Below are positions 16,372 to 23,162 of a stretch of DNA of 24,000 nt, one piece after another (position 1 is the stretch's first letter; the number at the start of each line of letters is the position of its first letter). Source of the stretch: Gordonia zhaorongruii (GTDB lineage Bacteria; Actinomycetota; Actinomycetes; Mycobacteriales; Mycobacteriaceae); assembly GCF_007559005.1 (NCBI RefSeq), contig NZ_CP041763.1:690463-714462 (forward strand), read 5' to 3'. Below the pieces are notes generated by a model. That model was not told the DNA's origin. It saw only the letters and a list, made by a program, of their open reading frames with translations, and searched no databases. Both the position numbers and the translations under genes were made by a program.

Positions 16372-17301
16372 ATGTCTGACCACGCGACGTCCTCGGCCGC
16401 ATCAGCTTCGGTTCCGCTCATCCCGCACACGGCGGTGGTACCCGCGGCCGGGCTCGGGACCCGATTCCTGCCGGCAACCAAGACCGTGCCGAAGGAACTC
16501 CTGCCCGTGGTCGACACTCCGGGCATCGAACTGGTTGCCGAGGAAGCGAAATCCGCGGGTGCCGAGCGGTTGCTCATCGTGACCTCTCCCGGGAAGGACG
16601 GCGTCGTCGCGCACTTCGTCGAAGACCTGGTGCTCGAGCACACGCTGTCCTCGCGTGGCAAGGAGGCGATGCTCGCCAAGGTGCGCAACGCGCCGTCGTT
16701 GCTGGAGGTCGCGTCGGTCGTGCAGGACAAGCCACTCGGACTGGGGCATGCCATTGGCTGCGTGGAGGCCGACCTGGCCGATGACGAGGACGCGATCGCC
16801 GTCCTGCTGCCGGACGATCTGGTGCTCCCGGGCGGTGTGCTCGGCCGCATGGCGCAGGCCCGTGCGCGCTTCGGCGGAAGCGTGCTGTGCGCCATAGAGG
16901 TGCCTGACGAGAAGATCAGCGCGTACGGCGTGTTCGACGTGACCGAAGCCGACCCCGCGTCTCCAGACGTGAAACGGGTACGAGGCATGGTGGAGAAGCC
17001 CGCGCGACAGGACGCACCGTCGAACCTGGCGGCTGCCGGACGCTACATCCTCGATCGCAAGATCTTCGACGCGCTGCGCGAGACCGAGCCGGGTGCGGGC
17101 GGCGAACTCCAGATCACCGACGCGATCGCGCTCCTCATCGAGCAGGGGGAGCCCGTGCACGTGGTGGTGCACACCGGGTCCCGCCACGATCTGGGCAATC
17201 CTGGCGGATACCTGAAAGCGGCCGTCGACTTCGCCCTGGACCGCGACGACTACGGCCCGGACCTGCGTTCCTGGCTGGTGGAACGGCTCGCTGACAGCTG
17301 A
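16372..17301 (+). CDS. galU: UTP--glucose-1-phosphate uridylyltransferase GalU
   Basis: The start is placed at ATG 16372 (MSDHATSS...). The nucleotidyltransferase motif is AVVPAAGLGTRFLPATKTVPKELLPVVD, followed by VEKP and AAGRYIL. The 93 codons upstream of this in the track ORF are an Arg-rich shadow overlapping the divergent gene. Confidence 0.93.
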   Translation: MSDHATSSAASASVPLIPHTAVVPAAGLGTRFLPATKTVPKELLPVVDTPGIELVAEEAKSAGAERLLIVTSPGKDGVVAHFVEDLVLEHTLSSRGKEAMLAKVRNAPSLLEVASVVQDKPLGLGHAIGCVEADLADDEDAIAVLLPDDLVLPGGVLGRMAQARARFGGSVLCAIEVPDEKISAYGVFDVTEADPASPDVKRVRGMVEKPARQDAPSNLAAAGRYILDRKIFDALRETEPGAGGELQITDAIALLIEQGEPVHVVVHTGSRHDLGNPGGYLKAAVDFALDRDDYGPDLRSWLVERLADS

Positions 17302-17403
17302 CCCGCGCGCCTTACGGCGGGAACACGCCGGAGGCGTTTACCCTCGGGGAGCAGCACAGGACGAGATGCCGGGTGTTTCACTCCGGCCCGGTGAGGAGAA
17401 GCG

Positions 17404-18708
17404 ATGCGTTCGGTCGAGGATCATCTGAGCCTCGTGACTGCGTCAGCGGTGGCGCCCCGGCCCATTCAGGTCGCGATCTCCGAAGCGCAGGGACTGATGT
17501 GCGCGGAGGAAGTCGCCACCACCGACCCGATGCCCGGCTTCGATCAGGCTGCCATCGACGGCTACGCAGTGCGCGCCGTCGACGTGACCCTGGCGGGGAC
17601 TACGGCGCCCGCCGACCCGAGCGCTCTGGCGGATGAGCCGGTCGACGCGTCGGTCCTCGACGACACCGACCGGGTGGTCGTGCATCTCCCCGTAGTGGGG
17701 GAGGTGGCACCGGGTTCGCGGACACCGACGCGGCTGCAGCCGGGGCAGGCGGTTCGAGTGGAGACCGGCGCGCCCATGCCGACGCTCGCCGATGCGGTGA
17801 TTCCGCACCGCTGGACCGACGGTGGCGGCGACCGCGTGATGGTCGGACACGCCGTCGAGAGCGGCGAGTACGTACGACGCACCGGTGACGACGTGCAGCC
17901 CGGCGACATCGCCGTGCGCAGTGGAACGGTGATCGGGGCGGCTCAGGTCGGACTGCTCGCGGCAGTGGGTCGGTCTCGTGTGCTCGTCCACCCGCGACCA
18001 CGGGTCGCGGTGATCGCGGTGGGCAGCGAGCTAGTCGACATCGACCGAGATCCCGGCCCCGGCCAGAACTTCGATGTGAACAGCTACGCACTGGCGGCTG
18101 CGGCCCGCGATGCCGGTGCCGAGGTGCACCGGGTCGGGATCGCCGAGCGGGAACCAGAACGGCTCCGGGAGGTCGTCGAAGGCCAGCTCATCCGATCGGA
18201 GATCGTGGTAGTCTGCGGCGCCGTCGGCGGTGTGGCCTCGCAGGTGATCACCGAGGCGGTCGAGGAGCTCGGCGATCTGGAGGTCGGGCGGGTCGGCATG
18301 CATCCGGGTTCCGTTCAGGGGTTCGGCCGGCTCGGTAAAGACGAGATCCCGACGTTCCTGCTGCCCGCGAATCCGGTCAGCGCACTCGTCACGTTCGAGG
18401 TGATGGTCCGGCCGCTGATCCGGATCGCGCTCGGTAAGCGTCAACCGATGCGACGGACGGTCGTCGCCAGGACGATCGGGCCGATCGCATCGGTCGTCGG
18501 CCGTAAGGGATACCTGCGCGGCAGATTGATGCGCGACGAGAAATCCGGCGATTACCTGGCACAGGTGATCGGCGAGTCCGAGACCGGGGCGTCGCACCTG
18601 CTGGCCGAGCTCGCCGAGGCCAACTGCCTCATCGTGGTGCCGGAGGACGTGGAGGACCTGGCCACGGGCGACCGTGTCGAGGTCGTGTTCCTGGCCGAAC
18701 GCACCTGA
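17404..18708 (+). CDS. moeA: Molybdopterin molybdotransferase MoeA family (gephyrin-like; probable Glp orthologue by synteny)
   Basis: MoeA N-terminus MRSVEDHLSLV...PMPGFDQAAIDGYAV, a central MoCF-binding domain (VAVIAVGSELV) and a C-terminal beta-barrel (GDRVEVVFL). ATG preceded by GAGGAG. It lies in the galU-moeA-rimJ order of Rv0993-Rv0995. Confidence 0.9.
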   Translation: MRSVEDHLSLVTASAVAPRPIQVAISEAQGLMCAEEVATTDPMPGFDQAAIDGYAVRAVDVTLAGTTAPADPSALADEPVDASVLDDTDRVVVHLPVVGEVAPGSRTPTRLQPGQAVRVETGAPMPTLADAVIPHRWTDGGGDRVMVGHAVESGEYVRRTGDDVQPGDIAVRSGTVIGAAQVGLLAAVGRSRVLVHPRPRVAVIAVGSELVDIDRDPGPGQNFDVNSYALAAAARDAGAEVHRVGIAEREPERLREVVEGQLIRSEIVVVCGAVGGVASQVITEAVEELGDLEVGRVGMHPGSVQGFGRLGKDEIPTFLLPANPVSALVTFEVMVRPLIRIALGKRQPMRRTVVARTIGPIASVVGRKGYLRGRLMRDEKSGDYLAQVIGESETGASHLLAELAEANCLIVVPEDVEDLATGDRVEVVFLAERT

Positions 18709-18724
18709 GTCATAGAATCGCACT

Positions 18725-19393
18725 GTGCTGAACTGGCTGATCGACTCAGCGAATCATCCCGGATGGCCCGCGACGGCGGGGCCCGTGCGCGTGCCGAAAG
18801 GCACCGTCCGTCTGCGGCCCGTGAAATTGCGGGACGGTCGTACGTGGAGTGCACTCCGGATCCGGAACCAGAACGAACTGCTGCCGTGGGAGCCGACGGG
18901 CTCCGGCCAGTGGGAACGTCGGCACCAGTCCTCCTCATGGGCACCCATGCACTCGATTCTGAAGGCTGAAGCGAAGCGCGGTGCGATGATGCCGTTCGTC
19001 ATCGAACTCGATGGCGAGTACGTGGGCCAGTTGACGATCGGGAACATCCAGCGCGGTGCTGTCCGCAGTGGATGGATCGGATACTGGGTCGACCGTGAGG
19101 CCACCGGGAACGGCGTGGCGAAGGCCGCTGTCGCACTCGGTGTCGATCATGCCTTCGGACCCGGAGGCCTGCACCGGCTGGAGGCGACCGTGCAGCCGGG
19201 CAACGGTGCGTCGCGGTCGGTACTGCGGGGAGTCGGATTCCGGGAGGAGGGGCTCCTCAAGCGCTACATGGACGTGAATTCGCGGTGGCGTGATCACCTG
19301 CTACTGGCCCTGACCGTCGAAGAGCTCGCCGATACGGCCGTCGACTCCTTGCTGCGTGCCGGACGGCTGGTTCCGCACATTGAGAAGTCGTGA
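18725..19393 (+). CDS. rimJ: GNAT-family N-acetyltransferase, RimJ-like
   Basis: 222 aa with an acetyltransferase core (GQLTIGNIQRGAVRSGWIGYWVD...GNGVAKAAV...LHRLEATVQPGNGASRSVLRGVGFREEG). GTG start 16 nt after the moeA stop. Confidence 0.85.
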   Translation: MLNWLIDSANHPGWPATAGPVRVPKGTVRLRPVKLRDGRTWSALRIRNQNELLPWEPTGSGQWERRHQSSSWAPMHSILKAEAKRGAMMPFVIELDGEYVGQLTIGNIQRGAVRSGWIGYWVDREATGNGVAKAAVALGVDHAFGPGGLHRLEATVQPGNGASRSVLRGVGFREEGLLKRYMDVNSRWRDHLLLALTVEELADTAVDSLLRAGRLVPHIEKS

Positions 19394-19549
19394 ACCACGG
19401 GCCGACGCGTGTCACCGGCCGTCCCGTTACCTGAGAAGCCGATGAGTTCGCCACTCGCGCGGCGCGCCTGAGCGATCGAGAGGGCCTGTCTTCATAGGCT
19501 GTGCAGTGGAGACTCGTCACACTCGACTCGGAGAAGGGAGGCTCCCGAC

Positions 19550-21031
19550 ATGCCGAATTCGGTTCTGTGGGTGTTCCTGATCGTGGTCTGGCTGTTCGTG
19601 CTGGTGCCGATGGTGCTGCGCGGACGTCCGCAGGCTCGAAAATCGTCGGCTACCGCGGCGCAGACGCGCGTCGTGCACCGCGGCGGAAGCCGTGGTGCGG
19701 CGTCTCGTCGCCGTGCCGCGACTACGCGAGCCGACCGCGCCGAGGCGGCAGCCAAGCGCATCGCCGAGCGCAAGGCCGTGCGCGCCGCCGCAGCCGAGAA
19801 GCTCGAGAAGACGAGCGGCGAGACCAAGACTCGCGTCGCGGCTGACGTCGAGTCCGCGGCCGAGTCGGCCACGCCCGAGAAGACCACGGCCGAGAAGGTC
19901 ACGGCCGAGAAGGTCACGGCCGAGAAGACCACGGCCGAGAAGGTCACGGCCGAGAAAACTGCTGCCCCCGAACAGGTTTCGCCTATCGCCGACGACGACG
20001 TGATCGACGTCGAGATCGAGAACGAGGCCGAGGACGGGACCGACAACGAGTCCGGGGGCACGGCCGATCAGGCGAGCAGTGCCGCTGACCGTGACGATTC
20101 GGACGCAGATGAGTCGGACACCGTCGAGGTGGAAGGCGAACTCGTCGACGAGGATGAGCCGGACGAGAAGGTCCGCATCCGTCGGGTCGCAGAGTCGGCG
20201 GTCGAGACCACTGATGTGATCGACGTCGTGGACGTGGAGGTGGTCGACCTCGATGAGGCGCAGGCATCGCGCGTCGAGCCGGTGACCGTCGTCGATGAAG
20301 AGGACGTCGACGACGAGGGCGAGTTCGACGAGAGCGATGTCGACGAGGACTACGCGTACGACGAGGACGATGAGTACGACGACGCCTTCGACGACGACGC
20401 CTTCGACGAGGACGATGAGTACGACGACGCGGAGTACGAGGACGACGAGTACGACGATGATCTCGAGGACGAGTACGACGAGGACGAGTCCGATCTCGCC
20501 GACGACGCCGCTGATGACGGTGATTCGGTCGAGCAGTCTCCGAAGCCGACGCCGCGGGAACTGCGCGGTCGGGGCGGATACGGTCCCGGTCGGGCTCGCG
20601 AGCGCGAGGAGGCAGCTTATCGGGAGCGTCGCCGGGTGCTCGCCGCTCTCGCGGTACTGACCCTCGCCGCCATCGCGTCGGCGTTCTTCATCGCTCCGCT
20701 GGGATACGTCGCTGCGGGGCTGATGATCGTCGTATCGGCGGCCTATCTCGTGTTCCTGCGACGGGCGGTGCGTGCCGAGCATGCGCGGCACGCGCAGCGG
20801 ATGGCCCGGGAACGTCGCCGCCGTGCGGAGGACCAGCGCGTCGAGCGCAAGCAGGCCGAGCCCGGATACGTGGCACCTCCGGCGCGTCTGCGGCGTCCGG
20901 GCGGCGCCGTCGTGCTGGAGATCGACGACGAGGATCCGGCCTTCGAGTACCTGCCGACGTATGACTTCGAGTACGCGCGGGACCAGGACCTCCAGTACGA
21001 GGACGCGTCCATTCACCGCACGGCCGTCTGA
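19550..21031 (+). CDS. Membrane protein with N-terminal TM, long acidic disordered region and two C-terminal TMs (GlpR/SepX-like by position)
   Basis: ATG preceded by GGGAGG. TM1 is LWVFLIVVWLFVLVPMVL. It is followed by a basic Ala-rich segment, an (EK[TV]TA)x6 repeat and a very acidic region. The C-terminus contains VLAALAVLTLAAIASAFFIAPLGYVAAGLMIVVSAAYLVFL (2 TMs) and an Arg-rich tail. GC3 is high in this frame, and the 499-aa antisense ORF is a shadow. Confidence 0.85.
   Translation: MPNSVLWVFLIVVWLFVLVPMVLRGRPQARKSSATAAQTRVVHRGGSRGAASRRRAATTRADRAEAAAKRIAERKAVRAAAAEKLEKTSGETKTRVAADVESAAESATPEKTTAEKVTAEKVTAEKTTAEKVTAEKTAAPEQVSPIADDDVIDVEIENEAEDGTDNESGGTADQASSAADRDDSDADESDTVEVEGELVDEDEPDEKVRIRRVAESAVETTDVIDVVDVEVVDLDEAQASRVEPVTVVDEEDVDDEGEFDESDVDEDYAYDEDDEYDDAFDDDAFDEDDEYDDAEYEDDEYDDDLEDEYDEDESDLADDAADDGDSVEQSPKPTPRELRGRGGYGPGRAREREEAAYRERRRVLAALAVLTLAAIASAFFIAPLGYVAAGLMIVVSAAYLVFLRRAVRAEHARHAQRMARERRRRAEDQRVERKQAEPGYVAPPARLRRPGGAVVLEIDDEDPAFEYLPTYDFEYARDQDLQYEDASIHRTAV
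19877..19966 (+). repeat. 15-bp in-frame tandem repeat x6 (GAGAAG[GT/AC]CACGGCC)
   Basis: Six head-to-tail 15-bp units at 19877, 19892, 19907, 19922, 19937 and 19952. The last (GAGAAAACTGCTGCC) is degenerate. They encode EKTTA EKVTA EKVTA EKTTA EKVTA EKTAA. Confidence 0.95.
20288..20527 (+). repeat. Hyper-acidic low-complexity coding block with internal 45-bp duplication
   Basis: In the 80 residues from VVDEEDVDDE to DDGDS I count 52 Asp/Glu. The 26-mer GACGAGGACGATGAGTACGACGACGC occurs at 20360-20385 and 20405-20430. The DDEYDD peptide motif is repeated. Confidence 0.9.
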
Positions 21032-21052
21032 TTCGCGCTTAGGCTGAGAAGA

Positions 21053-21223
21053 ATGAGCAACGAGACCGAGTGGTACTACAACCTGTCGACCCGTCAGGTG
21101 ACCAAGGGCAAGGTCGGCGACGTATTCGACCGGATGGGCCCGTATCCGGATGAGGCGACCGCGCGTCAGGCCTTGGAGATCGCCGCGGCACGCAATGCCT
21201 CAGCGGATAGCGACGACGACTGA
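21053..21223 (+). CDS. Small conserved-looking acidic protein (56 aa), absent from the ORF track
   Basis: ATG 21053 to TGA 21221-21223, giving MSNETEWYYNLSTRQVTKGKVGDVFDRMGPYPDEATARQALEIAAARNASADSDDD. GC3 is about 84 percent by my count. The pattern EWYY..L.T..V......GPY....EA..AL resembles small proteins I recall from other actinobacteria. The SD is weak. Confidence 0.55.
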   Translation: MSNETEWYYNLSTRQVTKGKVGDVFDRMGPYPDEATARQALEIAAARNASADSDDD

Positions 21224-21281
21224 CCTCTCCTGATCGCGGAGGTCCCCGACTCCGGGCGTTGCGCGTCGTAGGGTGATCCGC

Positions 21282-22070
21282 ATGGCTCTGAGTGACAAGC
21301 AACTCGTCAGCGTGCTCGACCGGTCGGTCGGTGTGATCGATCCGCTCCTCGATGTGCTGGCCGGGGCCGACCCGCTTCGGCTGAAGCCCCGGACGTTCGA
21401 CGATGCACCGCCGACCTCGTATGCCTCGCGGACCGCCGACGCCTTCGCCTGGACGCTCGACGTCGCCGACTGGCCCGGTACGGCCGGGTGGGACGAACTG
21501 TCGATGAACGGTCGTGCCGACTGGTGGGTATCGCGAATCGGCGCGGTATCGACGGCGGCGGTGGCATTCCCGAGCATCCTCGGTCCGTGGACTAAAGTAC
21601 TGCCGGTCGGCAGCTATCTCGGCTATGCCGGGCAGGCACTGGTCATCCGGGCCGTTGGCCGCGTGTACGGGGTAACCTCTCGCGCTGCGGGCGTGGTGAT
21701 CCTGGCGCAGATCCTCTTCGATCGGGATGTGTCGCCTGCGGTGGTCGGCCTCAGCGACGATGCGCCGTCGGAGCAGGCGCCGGAGGGGGAGACCGGAGTC
21801 CTGTCGACGGTGTGGGAACTCGGTAAGACGCTGTACGACCTCTCTCAGTCGCTCGATTCCCGGCCGTCCGCGCCGCGCGTCATCGGCTGGGCTTCGTGGA
21901 TCCCGCTGCTCGGCGGACCCCTCGCGTATGTGGGGGAGCGGATCGCATTGCGACGCGCAGTCGACGAGTGCCGCGCTTGGATCGCTGCGCATCCGTCGAC
22001 GATCGACACGGAGGCGGATGATCAGTTCACAATCGGGGATCCCCAGGAGGTCGGGGACGCTCCCGGCTGA
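21282..22070 (+). CDS. Hypothetical protein
   Basis: GC3 is high in this frame, while the antisense 317-aa ORF 21039..21992 is Arg/Pro-rich. The start is ATG 21282 or GTG 21273. There is a central hydrophobic stretch (RIGAVSTAAVAFPSILGPW...GQALVIRAVG). I recognise no family. Confidence 0.65.
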   Translation: MALSDKQLVSVLDRSVGVIDPLLDVLAGADPLRLKPRTFDDAPPTSYASRTADAFAWTLDVADWPGTAGWDELSMNGRADWWVSRIGAVSTAAVAFPSILGPWTKVLPVGSYLGYAGQALVIRAVGRVYGVTSRAAGVVILAQILFDRDVSPAVVGLSDDAPSEQAPEGETGVLSTVWELGKTLYDLSQSLDSRPSAPRVIGWASWIPLLGGPLAYVGERIALRRAVDECRAWIAAHPSTIDTEADDQFTIGDPQEVGDAPG

Positions 22071-22088
22071 TCAGTGGATCGAGGTCCG

Positions 22089-22559
22089 TCAGACGGCGAG
22101 GAACGCGCCCAGGAACACCAGTGCCAGGCTGAGGATGCCGAGTGCCGCGCGTAGAAGGCCTGCGGTGCGGGCCTCTCGTGTCACGCGCGTCTGGAGGCTG
22201 TCTACTTCGGGTTCGGCGGTCAGTCGCCGGCGCAGTCGCGTCATGCGGCGGGCCTGCGCGACGGCGACGGCGAAGCTGACCAGCAGGAGCGCTGCGACGA
22301 TGCAGATGGTCACGATCAGTCCGCCGCTTGTGCGGTTGTGCGCCAGCACCCCACCGGTGGCCAGAGCGATGACGAGTGCCGGTGCCCCCACCCAGAAGTA
22401 CATCCGTCCGAGGGCGCGGAAGAAGTCGACTCGGCTGGACGGCGCGAGAGTCCGGGTCGCGGCACGAGCGACGACCGCGATAGCGAAGTAGCCACCGATC
22501 CAGATGCTCGTGGCGATGATGAATACCGCAAGAACGAGTGCTTGGCCCGTGCTCGACAT
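22089..22559 (-). CDS. Hypothetical integral membrane protein (about 4 TM helices)
   Basis: The start is placed at ATG 22559, preceded by GGGAGA (MSSTGQALVLAVFIIATSIWIGGYFAIAVV...). There are four hydrophobic segments with an Arg-rich loop (RRMTRLRRRL). It is convergent with the preceding gene. Confidence 0.7.
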   Translation of the reverse strand: MSSTGQALVLAVFIIATSIWIGGYFAIAVVARAATRTLAPSSRVDFFRALGRMYFWVGAPALVIALATGGVLAHNRTSGGLIVTICIVAALLLVSFAVAVAQARRMTRLRRRLTAEPEVDSLQTRVTREARTAGLLRAALGILSLALVFLGAFLAV

Positions 22560-22594
22560 GTGAGGATCTCCCGTTCCGCCGACCGACAATGGTA

Positions 22595-22620
22595 TTTCTA
22601 CAGAATTGTAGTTGTAGAAA
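22595..22620 (-). promoter_or_regulatory. Putative promoter with flanking operator-like palindrome TTTCTACA-N10-TGTAGAAA
   Basis: Perfect 8-bp inverted repeat (22595-22602 / 22613-22620). The 10-nt spacer contains a consensus minus-strand -10 hexamer TACAAT (22605-22610), about 40 nt upstream of the membrane-protein ATG. Confidence 0.45.
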
Positions 22621-22659
22621 CTGGCGGGACGGTCGCCGCCCTGCAGATGCAGGGGTGGG

Positions 22660-22695
22660 AAAACGAAGAACCCGCAAGCCTGTGGCCTGCGGGTT
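22660..22695 (-). terminator. Terminator downstream of tRNA-Ala
   Basis: Inverted repeat AACCCGCAAGCC (22669-22680) / GGCCTGCGGGTT (22684-22695), 12 bp with one mismatch. On the minus strand it is followed by CTTCGTTTTCCC. Confidence 0.65.
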
Positions 22696-22700
22696 GAAAG

Positions 22701-22773
22701 TGGAGCTAGGGAGAATCGAACTCCCGACCTACTCGATGCGAACGAGTCGCGCTACCAACTGCGCCATAGCCCC
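22701..22773 (-). tRNA. tRNA-Ala (anticodon CGC)
   Basis: The minus strand reads GGGGCTA TG GCGC AGTTGGTA GCGC G ACTCG TTCGCAT CGAGT AGGTC GGGAG TTCGATT CTCCC TAGCTCC A, a full 73-nt cloverleaf. The G3:U70 Ala identity pair is present and CCA is not encoded. TATAGT (plus 22801-22806) is a possible -10 upstream. Confidence 0.95.
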
Positions 22774-22822
22774 GGGTGTCACATGTGTGAACCGCTGACC
22801 ACTATACAGCCGGAGGCAACGA

Positions 22823-22863
22823 GAACGGCACCCGGGCCACGTGGTGTGGGGCGGGTGCCGTTC
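22823..22863 (-). terminator. Terminator hairpin downstream of the 27-codon peptide ORF
   Basis: Perfect 12-bp inverted repeat GAACGGCACCCG (22823-22834) / CGGGTGCCGTTC (22852-22863), beginning 19 nt after the TAA. The U-tract is poor (TCGTTGCC). Confidence 0.6.
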
Positions 22864-22881
22864 TGAGTGCCTCGGGCGAGA

Positions 22882-22965
22882 TTATGCGCCGAAGTTGAAT
22901 GCGAACGACAGGAAGTCGCCGCCGAAGATGTAGAAGTCGTTGAAGAACTGGGTGAGGTTTTCCAT
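22882..22965 (-). CDS. Unannotated 27-aa Phe-rich acidic peptide (MENLTQFFNDFYIFGGDFLSFAFNFGA)
   Basis: The ATG (22965-22963) is preceded at 8-9 nt by AGGAAAGG, and the stop is TAA (22884-22882). 23 of 26 sense codons after the ATG end in G/C, although the surrounding DNA is AT-richer. All 8 Phe codons are TTC. A terminator hairpin follows, and a promoter-like CTTACA-N18-TAATGT lies upstream. The ORF is too short for the track. Confidence 0.6.
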   Translation of the reverse strand: MENLTQFFNDFYIFGGDFLSFAFNFGA

Positions 22966-23086
22966 GATGTTGCCTTTCCTGAGGGAGGGAACGCTTTGTG
23001 CGATGCACGGAAAGCGTTACACGCGATGGCCTGAGTGGAAACTTGAGAGACCTCAGATCACAACACCTGACCTGGTGTGATGCACA

Positions 23087-23116
23087 ACATTACGGCGGCG
23101 GTTCCTTCCCTGTAAG
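23087..23116 (-). promoter_or_regulatory. Putative sigma-A-type promoter for the peptide gene
   Basis: The minus strand reads CTTACA (plus 23111-23116) - 18 nt - TAATGT (plus 23087-23092). This predicts a leader of about 115 nt containing the hairpin AACGCTTT-cc-GTGC-atc-GCAC-AAAGCGTT (plus 22990-23018), just upstream of the SD. Confidence 0.4.
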
Positions 23117-23162
23117 GCGCTCTACCCGCGGTGTTGGATCGCGGTTATCCACACTCGGAAAC

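Noticed and set aside
19877-19966. Regularly spaced 15-bp repeats considered as a possible CRISPR or minisatellite
   Set aside because: The units are contiguous with no spacers, in frame, and inside a GC3-rich CDS. It is a coding tandem repeat, not a CRISPR array.
22802-23008. 68-aa minus-strand track ORF (MHRTKRSLPQERQHH...)
   Set aside because: It is in a different frame from the 27-codon ORF. It runs through the terminator hairpin and the SD region, is basic and low-complexity, and has poor GC3. The short ORF at 22882..22965 explains the coding signal better.
23042-23056. CTTGAG...CTCAG resembling the HspR HAIR element (CTTGAGT-N7-ACTCAAG)
   Set aside because: The arm spacing is 4 nt rather than 7, and the right arm lacks the ACTCAAG sequence.
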